From contig NC_086109.1 of the NCBI RefSeq assembly GCF_963921235.1, positions 3,536,001 to 3,600,000 of the forward strand: a stretch of 64,000 bases of DNA. Direction: 5' to 3'. Of the stretch, positions 48,895 to 60,787 are shown piece by piece. This stretch comes from Mobula hypostoma. Lineage: Eukaryota. The stretch's first letter is position 1, and each line of letters opens with the position of its first letter. A program made the position numbers and the translations under genes. Under the pieces are notes generated by a model. The model saw only the letters and a program-made list of their open reading frames with translations. It was not told the DNA's origin and did no database searches.

Positions 48895-49379
48895 GTGTGT
48901 ACAAAGGTCTTGGGCACCCTAGCTCTATATATACATACTCTATATAATTTTATGTATTGCACAAAAACAAGTTTCATGACATGCAGTATGTGAGTGATGA
49001 TAAACCTGCTTCTGATAGGGGACTCTATGGTGGACTGAGAGTGGGAAGGGGACAGGGAGAGGGGAATCATGGTTGGGAAAAGAGGGAGAGAGAGGGGATG
49101 GAGCAGGAAGCACCAGAGAGACATTCTGCAATGATCAGTAAACCGATTGTTTGGAATCAAATGACCTTGCCTGGTGTCTCGGAGCTGGGTGTGTCTTCAC
49201 CCACACCACCCCCCACCCCAGCACTCCTTCCCTACCAGCTGTCCCACACCCCTCCCATGGTGTTCCAATCTTGCCATTCACAAAATCCTTTGCTCCCACC
49301 AGATTTACAAACTCGTCCTCGTTCTCCACTCCACGTTGACAAATATAGTACTGTGCAAAAGTCTTGGGCTCCCTAACTA
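48895..49379. mobile_element. Composite element bounded by Tc1/mariner-like terminal motifs
   Basis: TGTACAAAGGTCTTGGGCACCCTAGCT and AGTACTGTGCAAAAGTCTTGGGCTCCCTAACT in direct orientation, with an internal Rex tail. Confidence 0.5.
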
Positions 49380-49690
49380 AGCCACTGTTGCCTCCCCCAG
49401 GTAGGGCCCCCCCACTCCCCTAACAATACTCAAACAGGAATACTTATTGTGAAGGGGGACAGCCACAGAGGTACCCTCTAGTATCTGACTCTTGCCCTTC
49501 CCTCTCCTGACTGTTACCCACTTCTCTGTCTCCCGAGGCCCCGGTGTGACTACCTGTCTATAGCTCCTCTCTATCACCTCCTCACTTTCCCTGCCCAGAC
49601 AAAGATCATCGAGCTGCATCTCCAGTTCCCTGACGTGGTCCCTAAGAAGCTGCAGCTCGAGGCACCTGGCGCAGATGTGGCTGTCTGTGA
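49380..49690 (-). mobile_element. CR1 ORF1 fragment (zinc finger/coiled-coil region)
   Basis: HICARCLELQLLRDHVRELEMQLDDL...WVTVRRGK...VPLHNKYSCL. Confidence 0.82.
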
Positions 49691-49797
49691 GGCATATCAG
49701 TTCTGTAAAGGGTCCTGCCATACTGTTAATGGCCAGATGCTTAACAGCACCAATGTGCACAGAGCTTGTCGGCTCACTGAAAGTGACTGCACAGGAG

Positions 49798-50432
49798 ATA
49801 GAACATATAGTAGAACATAGGACTACAGCACAGTACAGACCTTTCAAACCACAATGTTGCACCACCCTTTTAAACTAGTCTAAGATCAGTGTAACCCTTC
49901 CCTCCTCCACAGCCCTCCATTTTTCCATTGTCCATGTGCTTAATGAAACCAAATTTCCCTCGGGATTAATAAAGTGTATCTATCTATCTATCTATTTCTT
50001 AAATGCCCCTAATGTACCTACCTCTACCACCACTCCTGGCCATGTGTTCCATGCACCCACCACTCTCTGTGTAAAAATGCCTCCCTCTGACACCTCCCCT
50101 ATACCTTTCTCCTTAAAATTATGTCCCCTTGCATTAGCCGTTTCAGCTCTAGGGAAAAAAAAATCTCTGGCTGTCCACTCGATCTATGCCTCTTATCAGC
50201 TTGTACACCTCTATCGAATCAACAGTCATCCTCCTCCATTCTAAAGCTTGCTCATCTATCCTCATAAGACATGCTCTCTGATCAAGGCAAAGTCCTTTGT
50301 AAATCTCCTCTGCATCCTCTCCAAAGGTTCTTCATGCTTCCTATAATGAGAGGACCAGAACTGAACACAATATTCCAAGTGTGGTTTAACCATGGTTTTA
50401 CAGAGCTACAACATTACTTCACGGCTCTTGAC
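49798..50432 (-). mobile_element. CR1 3' fragment
   Basis: TAGAACATA tail; GACCAGAACTGAACACAATATTCCAAGTGTGG. Confidence 0.87.
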
Positions 50433-50554
50433 CTCAATCCAATACAATAGGATCAGTGAACAGGATGGACAAACAGCCAATGTCAAAAGACAACAAACAG
50501 TGCAAATAATAATGATAATCACAGCAATAAATAAATAGGCAACACATATCGCAA

Positions 50555-51830
50555 TCATGCCTTCACTGGTTAGAGCATTGGGTATAAGAGTAAGGAAGTC
50601 ATGTCGTAGTTGTGTAAAAAATTTGGTTCTCGTTTGGAGTATTGGATGCAGTTTGGTCTCACCATTATGGAAAAGAGTGTCAGGGCATTGGAGAGGGTGT
50701 GGCAGAGGCTCACCAAGATGCCACCTGGAACAGAGGGCAGGAGCTATAAAGAACAGGATGGACAAGCTTAGATTGTCTTTTTTCTGGAGTGCTGGAAGCT
50801 GTGGGGGGACCTGCTAGAAGTTTACAAAATTGTGGAATGTCAGAATCTTTTGCCCAGGGTAGAAATGTCAAATCGCAGAGGACGTACATTTAAAACGAAA
50901 GGGGGAAAGTTTTTTTTGACACAGTGGTGGGTGTCATCAAGGACATGGCACATGATGATGGTGATGATGGTGATGCTGGGGCTGCCAGGGACATTGGCTC
51001 ATCCAATCTGCTTCCACAACTTCCCATGGCAGCACTGACAAAGGCTCTCAGCCTGAAATGTCGACTGTTTATTCTCTATGTAGATGCTGCCTGACCTGCT
51101 GGGTTCCTCCAGCATTTTGTCTGTATAGTGGCGGCTGTCCATCATGTCCAACGATGACAGGAGAACTGCCTGGGAGAGTTTTAACATGGAAAAGCCACCG
51201 CACTGGGGCATTTCCACTCTCTTAACCTCAGGGATCTGGGTCCAGGGGTATGAACAAACGAAAGAAACTGTGGTCTTCCTTGGTTGCAGCGAGTGATAAT
51301 GACGTCTTCTGTGCCTTGTCATGCCCCTCGCTCTCCACGATGAGCTGCAGAACCACCTTCCTGACCGTTGGATCTCACTGTAGATCTCGTCCGTCCCGTC
51401 CGCTGGAGGTGACCTCGCACGCTGGGACAGGCATGTCCCTACCTCACTGGGGTATGAGGCCCACCAGCTACCCTCACCTGGTTTGGCCCGCCTGTTGAAG
51501 CAGTGTACTGGGGCGTGGCCGCTGTCGCGTGCAGACTGCTACTCGGAACTACGGGTGAGAGCCGAGATCCGATGGGGACCAAAGATAAGTCAGCTGTCCG
51601 AGAATGGAAATGCCAAGCCCCTTCACCAGAGGATACCCCACACACCCATTATCCTGATACAATAGAGGTGTTTAAGAGGTTTAGACTGACCACATGAATG
51701 TACAGGGCAAGGAGGGATGTGGATCATGTACAGGCAGAAGAGATTTAGTCCTAATTTGGCAGCATTTTTAGCATAGTCACGATGGCTGAAAGGCTTGTTC
51801 GGTGCTGTGCTATTCTGTGTGGTGCAGTCT
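50555..51830 (+). mobile_element. CR1 3' fragment interrupted by a SINE tail, a Penelope fragment (51030-51125) and a 0.5-kb retroposon
   Basis: CR1 at 50555-50935 resumes at about 51655-51830. Confidence 0.75.
51128..51645 (-). mobile_element. Non-coding GC-rich retroposon, possibly RTE-derived
   Basis: Discrete insertion inside the CR1, with HDV-like pairing pattern at its inferred 5' end. Confidence 0.5.
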
Positions 51831-51919
51831 ATGACATTTCCAGCTGAAAGTATGTGTCTTTCCCGGGGTTTAATTTTCTTTGCACAGTTTCCCTGTCTGC
51901 TGCGGCAGTGTGTTTGTAG

Positions 51920-51923
<4 letters not shown>

Positions 51924-51956
<33 letters not shown>
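51924..51956. repeat. (TG)n microsatellite
   Basis: About 16 units. Confidence 0.97.
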
Positions 51957-51959
<3 letters not shown>

Positions 51960-52474
51960 GCACCTGGGACAAGGTGCTGAGCTGTGACACTTGCGGTGAT
52001 GAATTGAAGGTTGTTGGGAGACATGATGCAGGATGTAGACACAGAAATAGTGGGAGCGTCGAAGTAAATTAGATGCCAAGACTATCGGCTGAACCTAATT
52101 AGATAATAATAGAAGCATTCTCTGAAGAACAATGCTTAATTAATTACACGGAATTGTGCATAATGTTGCATATTAACATCCTCTCCAGTGAGCTGTGATT
52201 TGATGAGGAGAAAGCAGTTAGTCTTCAGGGGAAAAAAGTCAAAAAGAATTAAGCTGGCTGCTTTAAGGTGTTCACCAAGATTAGCCACACCGAATTATTC
52301 TACATCAGCAGCAGGGAATTCTTCATTTCTTGACAAATTTGTAAAAATATTTATTCTCCAAGGTTTTATAAAAACAAATATGCCTGGTATTAAAAATATG
52401 AATTGAAGTTCTTCTGGGCATGAGATGGGGGTCCACAGCCACTTGCTTGCTACTTGTGAAACTGCAGTGATTTA

Positions 52475-52925
52475 AAGTTCAATTTATTATCAAAGTGCAT
52501 ATATATCACCATACACAACCCTGAGATTCATTTTCTTGTGGGCATACTGCATAAATCTATAGTATAATAACCGTAACAGAATCACTGAAAGACCACCCAA
52601 CTAGGGCGTTCAACCAGTGTGCAGAAGACAGCAAACTGTGCAAATACAAAAGAAAGTAATAATAAATAAGCAGTAAATAAAGCAGAGAACATAAGATAAA
52701 GAGTCCTTTGGCTATGGGAACACTTCAATGATGGGGTGAGTGAAGTTATCCCCTTTGGTTTGAGAGCCTGATAATTGAGGGGTAGTAACCATTCCTGAAC
52801 CTGGTGGTGTGGGCCCTGAGGCTCCTGTACCTTCTTCCTGATGGCAGCAGTGAGAAGAGAGCATGTCCTGGGTGGTGCGGGTCCCTAATGATGGATGCCG
52901 CTTTTCTGCGACGGTGTTTCTTCAA
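52475..52925 (-). mobile_element. Rex1/Babar 3' fragment
   Basis: RKAASIIRDPHHPGHALFSLLPSGRRYRSL. Confidence 0.9.
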
Positions 52926-53652
52926 GAGATCTAGGTGTTCTTGTACATCAGTCACTGAAAGCAAGCATGCAGGTACAGCAGGCAGTGAAGAAAGCTAATG
53001 GCATTCTGGCCTTCATAACAAGGGGAATTGAGTATAGGAGCAAAGAGGTCCTTCTGCAGCTGTACAGGGCCCTGGTGAGACCACATCTGGAGTACTGTGT
53101 GCAGTTTTGGTCTCCAAATTTGAGGAAGGACATTTTTGCTATTGAGGGAGTGCAGCATAGGTTCACAAGGTTAATTCCCGGGATGGCGGGACTGTCATAT
53201 GTTGAAAGATTGGAGCGACTGGGCTTGTAAACTCTGGAATTTAGAAGGATGAGCGGGGATCTGATTGAAACATATAAGATTATTAAGGGATTGGACATGC
53301 TGGAGGCAGGAAGCATGTTCCCACTGATGGGTGAGTCCAGAACCAGAGGCTGCAGTTTAAGAATAAGGGGTAGACCATTTAGAACGGAGTTGAGGAAAAA
53401 CTTTTTCACCCGGAGAGTGGTGGATATGTGGAATGCTCTGCCCCAGAAGGCAGTGGAGGCCAAGTCTCTGGATGTTTTTCAAGAAAGAGATGCATAGAGC
53501 TCTTAAAGATAGCGGAATCAAAGGTTATGGGGATAAGGGAGGAACGATACTGATTGTGGATGATCAGTCATGATCATAGTGAATGGTGGTGCTCCATTCA
53601 CTATGAATGAAGGGCTGAATGGCCTACTCCTGCACCTACTGTCTATTGTCTA
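52925..53652 (+). mobile_element. CR1/HER1 3' fragment
   Basis: RDLGVLVHQSLK...LYRALVRPHLEYCVQFWSP...NFFTRRVVDMWNALP. Confidence 0.95.
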
Positions 53653-53689
53653 TTATTTCATGTAAATGTGCTCAGTGGAGGGGAGGGCT

Positions 53690-53865
53690 TTACTTTAGAG
53701 AGATACAGCACAGTAGCAGGCTCCTGCAGCTTAATGAGCTTGTGCCACGCAATGATGTCCACGCGGTCACGAGGAGAACATGCAAACTCCTTTCAGACAG
53801 CGGCAGGAATTGAACCCAGGGTGCTGGTGCTGTAATAGAATTATGATAATCACTATTCCACTGCA
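53690..53865 (-). mobile_element. Degenerate V-SINE
   Basis: GGAGAACATGCAAACTCCTTTCAGACAGCGGCAGGAATTGAACCC. Confidence 0.75.
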
Positions 53866-54707
53866 CTGTCCATTCTGACCCGTGCAGGCTGAATGGCCTT
53901 TCTCAGCTTTGTGTTAAGCGGTTATAGCGAGAATGGAGGGGTTGAGAAGTGCAGACTGCCAGGCTTGGACTGGAACCCCTGTTTCACTGATATTCTGTAC
54001 ACAGTTTATCAATCCAGCAATATTGGTGTGTTCTAAAAACACAGCAAGAAAGATCTCTGTCAGAAGATTATATAAGTCTCTTTCTCTTTCTCTGCTACAT
54101 TTCTTCTGGGATTGAAAATAAACGTCAAGTATTTCAAGTCACTCTGGAATAACTCTGTATACTTGCAATTTGTATTTTCTAAACTCCAGACCAATAACCT
54201 GGATCATGACTGTTCACGGGGGTTTCAGGTGGGTCATCCAGCATGGGAACAGACCCTGAAGTACAACTGGTGGAGAACCCCATCTAAACTAAACCTGCTT
54301 GCCCGTGTTTGACCTGTATCCCTCGAAACCTCTCCGATCCATGTACCTGTCCAAGTGGATTAATGTACTTGGCTCATCCACTTCCACTGGCAGCTTGCTC
54401 CACACACAGACCACCCTCTGGGGGGAAAAAGTTGCCTCTCAGGTCCCTGATAGCAACATGAAAGCAAAGAGAAGTTGTGTTTACATCGGACACAACTAAA
54501 TGAGTGCTTTTAATTTTGAGGTAACGTCACTCACGGTTTGGGAAAAACAACATCTAACATGCACAGTTCCCTCCAACACAACAAGAAAGCCATGCGACAA
54601 GATTCAACGTACACAGGAAGGTCCTGTGTAAAACAACCAACATATACATCGTCAAATATGTGCAACCAGCTCTTCTGCCAGTGAAGAACAGATATTCTGC
54701 TTTGATT

Positions 54708-54742
54708 ATGTCTATGTCTATGTCTATGTCTATGTCTATGTT
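54708..54742. repeat. (TATGTC)n microsatellite
   Basis: About 5-6 units. Confidence 0.9.
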
Positions 54743-55239
54743 TCTATAATAGTATTATGTTGATAGTGAATTTAGCAATCATCAGCTGATTATGTACTCT
54801 GAGTTCAGTACTTACAGAGTTATGGTTAACTACTATGGGTTAGAATTGATTGGGTTATGGGTTAGCTACTTCAATTTAGGTACTGTTCAGGCTTTGAGTT
54901 AAGAACTCCATTTAAGGACTGACCAGGTTATGTGATAAGAAATCCGGTTTAATTACTGGCCAGGTTATAGGGCAAGAACTCTGGTTTAAGTACTGGCCAG
55001 GTTAAGAGATAAGAGATCCAGGTTAAGCACTTAACGAGGCTATGGGTTGTTAGTATGGACAAGGTTATGTATTGACCAGGTTATGAGTGAGTAGGTGGTC
55101 CAAGATTCAGAGGGCAGCAGAGATCACGGGGGGGGGGGGAGGCAGAGAAAGAGGTTCTCACCAACTCCCATTGAAAAGAAGATTTAAACTTCTTCAGGGT
55201 AGGCACACCTCAAAGAGACTTTGCAGTGGAGCAACAAAT

Positions 55240-55620
55240 CCTAAACACAAGCATAATCAAAGACCTCACCCACCCAGGCATTCTCCCTTCTCCCCATTCC
55301 CATTGGGCAGAAGGTACAAAAGCTTGAAAGCACTTAGGACCAGGCTCAGGGACAGCTTCATCAAGACTATTGAATGGTTCGCCAGTATGGTAAGATTGAC
55401 CCTTGATCTCAATCTACCTTGTTATGACCTTTCACCTTATTGCCGACCTGCACTGCAGTTTCTTTCTAAGTGTAAACTCGATTTTGCATTCTTTTATTGT
55501 TTTACATTACCTTGCACCACCTCAAAACATTGTTGTGATGAACTGGTCTGTGTGAGCGGTATGTAAGACAAGTTTTGCTCTGTGCCTTGGTACATGCCAC
55601 AATAATAAACCAATTTACCA
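55240..55620 (+). mobile_element. Rex1/Babar 3' fragment
   Basis: PLGRRYKSLK..TRLRDSF plus 3'UTR. Confidence 0.82.
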
Positions 55621-55764
55621 GAATGTGCAGAGTATCCACAGCCCTTCTGTGGAACACATCAAAAAATCTGATGGAGTGAGTGCAAACTGTATGAAAATCT
55701 AAGTTCTGCTCTGAGCACCTTCCTTAGACCTGCTTTACAGCAAAGTCTCATCCACAGCACCCCT

Positions 55765-56432
55765 ACTTTCTTAGAAGTTTGTGCAGTTTCAGCGTATCAT
55801 CTATAACTTTGACAAACTTCTGTAAGTGCATAGTGGAGAGTATCCTGACTGGTTGCATCATGGCCTATATGGAAACACCAGAAAAGCCTCCAAAAAGTGA
55901 TGAATACAGCCCAGTTTGTCACGAGAAAAGCCCCCTCCCCACCACTGAGGACATCTACAAAGAGCACTACCACAAGAAAGTAGCATCCATCATCAAGGAC
56001 CCCCACCATCCAGGCCATGCTCTTGACTCACTGCTGCCATTAGGAAAGGGGTACAGGAGCCTCAGATCCCACACCACAAGGTTCAGGAACAGTTACTGCC
56101 CTACAGCCATCAGGCTCCTGAACCAGAATAGATAACTTCACTCACCTCAACACTGAACTGATCACTGAACACAGCCTGTGGACTCATTTCAAGGAGTCTA
56201 CCACTCATGTTTCAGGATTATTTATTTATTTATTATTTGTCTCCTTTTTCATTTGCACAGTTTGTCTTTTGCTCATTGGTTGCTCATCAGTCTGTGTGTG
56301 TGTGTGTGAAGCTTTTCATCGATTTTATTGTATTTCTTTGTTCTGCTATCAATGCCTGCAAGAACATTAACCTCAGGGTAGTATATGGTGACATATACAC
56401 ACTCTGATCATAAATTGACTTTGAACTTTGAA
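55765..56432 (+). mobile_element. Rex1/Babar 3' fragment
   Basis: LTNFCKCIVESILTGCI...KDPHHPGHAL...RFRNSYCPTAIRLLN and an ACTTTGA tail. Confidence 0.9.
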
Positions 56433-57519
56433 TTTTCCTGAAACCTCACCTTGCTTTCCGCTGATTCTCCCGGGAAGCGTTTGCTTTGAGGCTCCACAGT
56501 AGGATGTAGGCTGCTGTAACAAGAGGGAAGACGCCTCCATACTTTGACCAGCCAGCTGCTGCCTTTAGTTTTGAAATTGGGGATTGAAAGTTAGGAGATC
56601 AAGCACTGGTGCATCTTAGAATACGAGCAAAAGAAATCTCTTCAGGATCAGGAACGGAGTAATCAAAAGACATCACGTAGGGTTGCAGTGACAGCTGTGC
56701 CATTGTAGAGTCCATGCTGATGACTGTTACAGCTGTATCCAGGAGTAGGTTCCTCACCAACACTCAGTAACGTGCCTTGTGCCTCTTACATCAAGCCTAC
56801 ATTGTCCGATTCCTCTGCGGTGCCAATGTTTAAAGTTCATGTTCAAGTTTACTGTCATTGAACCACACACATCTTCTACAGCCAAGGTGCAAATCACAGT
56901 ACATATAGTCACGCACAACGCACATAGTCATGATCCATCACATACAGACACAAAATAAAATCAGCACAACCCAGGCACAATGACTCCATGAGGAATTCCG
57001 TGCAGGATAATTACTAACCTTTAAGTGCATAATATTTTAAGTACTTCTCTATTTTTAACTTCTCAGTAGGACTGGTGCTGCTTTTTGTAATCCAATGTAT
57101 GTTGCCACCAGGAATGCAGAGTTTTAAAGTGGGTCTGAGCTGGGGTAGCAGTGATGTTAGATGACATAACATGAGGTATTTTGGTGCGTAAGTACATGGC
57201 GGCGCTGATTAAATTGCTGATAATGTATGTCATTAATTTTCAGGCTGTCAACAGAGCAATTTTCCACAGCACAACATGCAATTTGATATTTCCAGTCTGT
57301 TCTTCTTAATATTGATACTGAAATAAACCATACAGGCTCTGTAATGTATTTGCAAAATAACTAACGTTGCCCTACAATGGAAATAACCTTACCCTAGATC
57401 TGTCCCAAGCCAAAGTATGCTCTGCAAGATCTACCATCTATGTTAAACTGAGGTGAGTATTTACAAACAGCTCCACACTGTAACTTTAACAAACAAGGTG
57501 TCAGCCTGTTCTCAACCCT

Positions 57520-57880
57520 GCTGTTGTCATTCCACACCAAGAGCCTCCAGAAGATCCTCTGTATTTTCTGGCCAAGAAAGATCTCCAACCATGCCCAAGT
57601 CCTTCAGTGTCACAAGAGGACATGACCACAATCATGAGGAAACGTTGGAGATGGATTGGACATGTAATGAGAAGAGAGGCCAACTCCATCATCAAGGCAG
57701 CATTTCTTTGGACCCCTGAAGGGCAAAGGAAATGCAAGAGACTAAAGACAACTTAATGCTGTACCGTAGAAGCAGAAATGCAGACCCTGAACCACACCTG
57801 GGCACAATAGAGAAGATGGCCAAAGACAGATTGCTCCCCTATATGTCAGCCATGTAACCAGCAGTAACTTAGTAACAACC
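57520..57880 (+). mobile_element. RTE-clade LINE 3' fragment
   Basis: FHTKSLQKILCIFWPRKISN...RKRWRWIGHVMRR...WTPEGQRK...KTT. Confidence 0.87.
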
Positions 57881-58344
57881 TATCCTATGGGATGGATAGA
57901 GAGAGAGATAGATAGAGATATATATATATATATTGCAATGTGCACATTGACGAAGTGTGCTCTGACCAGAGCAGGGCCACTTGGCACTGTACAGCCAGCT
58001 TTCAACAATCACCCTCACAACATGCTGGAGGGACTCAGCAATCACCCGCTTCCCTCTGTGACACAGCTCCTGAAACAGCAGCACAAGAAATGGCATCCTC
58101 ACGCTCCACCCAGAGAGGATTATCAGGGTGGTATCCTCTCTTAGTTGGGGTCTCAGACGATACCCAGAGGTGGTGATCAGTGTAAGCAGAAACACAGCAT
58201 ACTCCCGCCCCTGGAAATCAGGAGGGAAGCTTGCCTGCTCTGTGTGTGTCCGCACTTTGCCCAATGTTCAGAATTAACACTGTTTTCAAACCTAAAAGGC
58301 AGTTAACATTTTTGGTTTCTTTTAAACAGAGCACATGCTTTCAC

Positions 58345-58780
58345 CTGCCACGGGTGGCGGTAGGGGCAAATACACTAGGGACATTTAAGAAACTCTTAGG
58401 CATGTGTAAGATAGAGAAAATGGAGGGCCATGTAGGAGGGAAAGGTTAGATCGATCTTAGAGTAGGTTAAAAGCCCGGCACAATGTCGTGGATCGAAGGA
58501 TGAAAACTTAATAGATGCAACTGGGGTGTTCAAGAGGGAGCAGATGAGAGCAAGCGGCAGCTGCCAGAGGAGCTATTGAACAACCAAAAGAGCCAACCAC
58601 AAACCACAAGCGTCAATTAATCTTGCCCACCCTGACGTGTGAACATAAGAAAGAGGAGCAGGAGTCAGCTATCTGGCCCGTCAAGCCTGCTCCGCCATTC
58701 AGTAAGATCATGGTTGATCTGGCCATGGACTCTTCTCCAACTACCTGCCTTTTCCCCCACAACCCTTAATTCCCCTACGA
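58345..58780. mobile_element. Two CR1 3' ends (plus 58345-58500; minus 58640-58780)
   Basis: Homology to CR1 tails elsewhere in the window. Confidence 0.78.
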
Positions 58781-59524
58781 TGTAGATCTCAGATCAGCCT
58801 TTACAGCCACCAGAGGACCCACCCATAGACAGCCCCTCACTCGACCCGGCTCTGCTGTAATGTTCTATCTTCTTCGTGAGAAAATTGTGGACTGAATTAG
58901 ACATTGACTCCGATTTATTTTGTCCGAGTTTCTTGCTTTTAGTGAGACTGTGCAGATTGACAGTGAATTTGGTAAGTTTTGTTATGGGGAAGATGGCCCA
59001 GAGCTCAGCTTATTCCATTCACACCAGCTTGTGGCTTGTTCTGTGTTGAATTTATAGCAGAAATAATTCCTCCACTCATTTCACTGCTATCAAGGAGCAG
59101 AGATTAAGTGCACTACCTTTTTGTGTTGGCTACAGAACAACAGCTGGGACCGACATCACAAAAGGAATCTCATTAGCAGATCCACTTTAACCCCAGTTCT
59201 GCCCCAGCAATGTAAACTGACGCCACTAATAATGGAGATGTAGATACATCTGGGAAAGTTTAGTCTGATACACCGAGTGCTGAGAGCATAATGCTCAGTA
59301 TAAATTGGTATTGTTTTAACAACCTGGTTTATCTGTTGGTTATTGAAATACCCTGCCCAACTTTATGCATTAAGCCCTTTTACACACTCTTCTGTGTCTG
59401 AGAACAGGCAACGTAACCCACCTGGAGACTCAAGAAAATCAAACCCTTACGGTATCTCCCTCACAACTTTAGGAGATGCAACATCTGTCTATTCTCCTTA
59501 CCCTGCCCTGCCACCCAGGGACGT

Positions 59525-60220
59525 AGACAGTCTGTCTAGGTGAAGCTGTGATGCACATACACTTCTTCCAAGCCAGTCAGTGTACACCGTGAGGTCTCCT
59601 CTACACTCCAGAAACCAAACACTGGGGAACTCCTGTGTTCAGTCCCCGTGGGTGACCCTGAACTTCCCAGTGCTGCCATATTAATCCCCATCCTAGCCCC
59701 ACTCTGACCTATCGATCGGTGACTTTCTGCCCTGTCGCAATGAGGTCCAACACAAGCTCGAGGAACCGCACCTCATCGTCTGTCTGGGCACGGGGACAGC
59801 CTTCAGGACTAGGTACTGAACTCTACAAGTCCAGGTGTTGGGATTTCTGTCTGTATTGGTGATACTGGCTCAGCTTCCTTTGTTCCTCTCTCCCTGGAAG
59901 TGGAGGGTGTGATGAGCCCGACCTGCCGGGCACCTCTTCCTGCTCTGTATTTCACAACTCCCACATCCCCCGTCTACATTCTCCCTCACTCTCTAACTGC
60001 ACGCTCACTCACTGAGCAGATCACCCAGATTAAAGCTGATCTCCATGATCATCCAGATTTACCCCATTAGAGACACCCCCTTCCCTTACCCTCCTTGCAG
60101 GCTCTTCTGCCTCTTCCCGGTTCTGATGAGAGGTCTCTGTCCCAGAACATTGACTCTTCCCCCTTCCCATTCTCACAGATGTGGCCTTATGTGCTGAGTG
60201 TCTCCATGATTTTGGATTCT
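59525..60220 (+). mobile_element. Degenerate Penelope GIY-YIG region plus 3' repeat
   Basis: NEVQHKLEEPHLIVCLG matches the 13278-13583 protein; decayed hammerhead at 60118-60155. Confidence 0.78.
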
Positions 60221-60279
60221 GAATGCTGTGAGGCTGCCCCTCTCAAATGTCAGCTGCACTGATTTCCCAATGAAGAAGC

Positions 60280-60787
60280 CATAAGACCATAAGACAAAGG
60301 AGCAGAAGTCAGCCATTCGGACCATCGTGTCTGCTTCGCCATTCTATCATGAGCTGATCCATTCTCCCATTTAGTCCCACTCCCCCGCCTTCTCACCATA
60401 ACCTTTGATGCCCTGGCTACTCAGATGCCTATCAATCTCTGCCTTAAAGACACCCAATGACTTGGCCTCCACTGCCGCCCGTGGCAACAAATTCCATCGA
60501 TTCACCACCCTCTGGCTAAAAAAATTTCTTCGCATTTCTGTTCTGAATGTGCGCCCTTCAATCCTTAAGTCATGCCCTCTTGTACTAGACTCCCCCATCA
60601 TGGGAAACAACTTTGCCACATCCACCCTGTCCATGCCTTTCAACATTTGAAATGTTTCTATGAGGTCTCCCCTTATTCTTCTAAACTCCAAGGAATACAG
60701 TCCAAGAATGGACAAACGTTGCTCATATGTTAATCCTCTCATTCCCGGAATCATTCTAGTGAATCTTCTCTGTACCCTCTCCAACGT
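60280..60787 (-). mobile_element. CR1/HER1 3' fragment
   Basis: ERVQRRFTRMIPGMRGL...NFFSQRVVNRWNLLP and a CCATAAGA tail. Confidence 0.95.
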
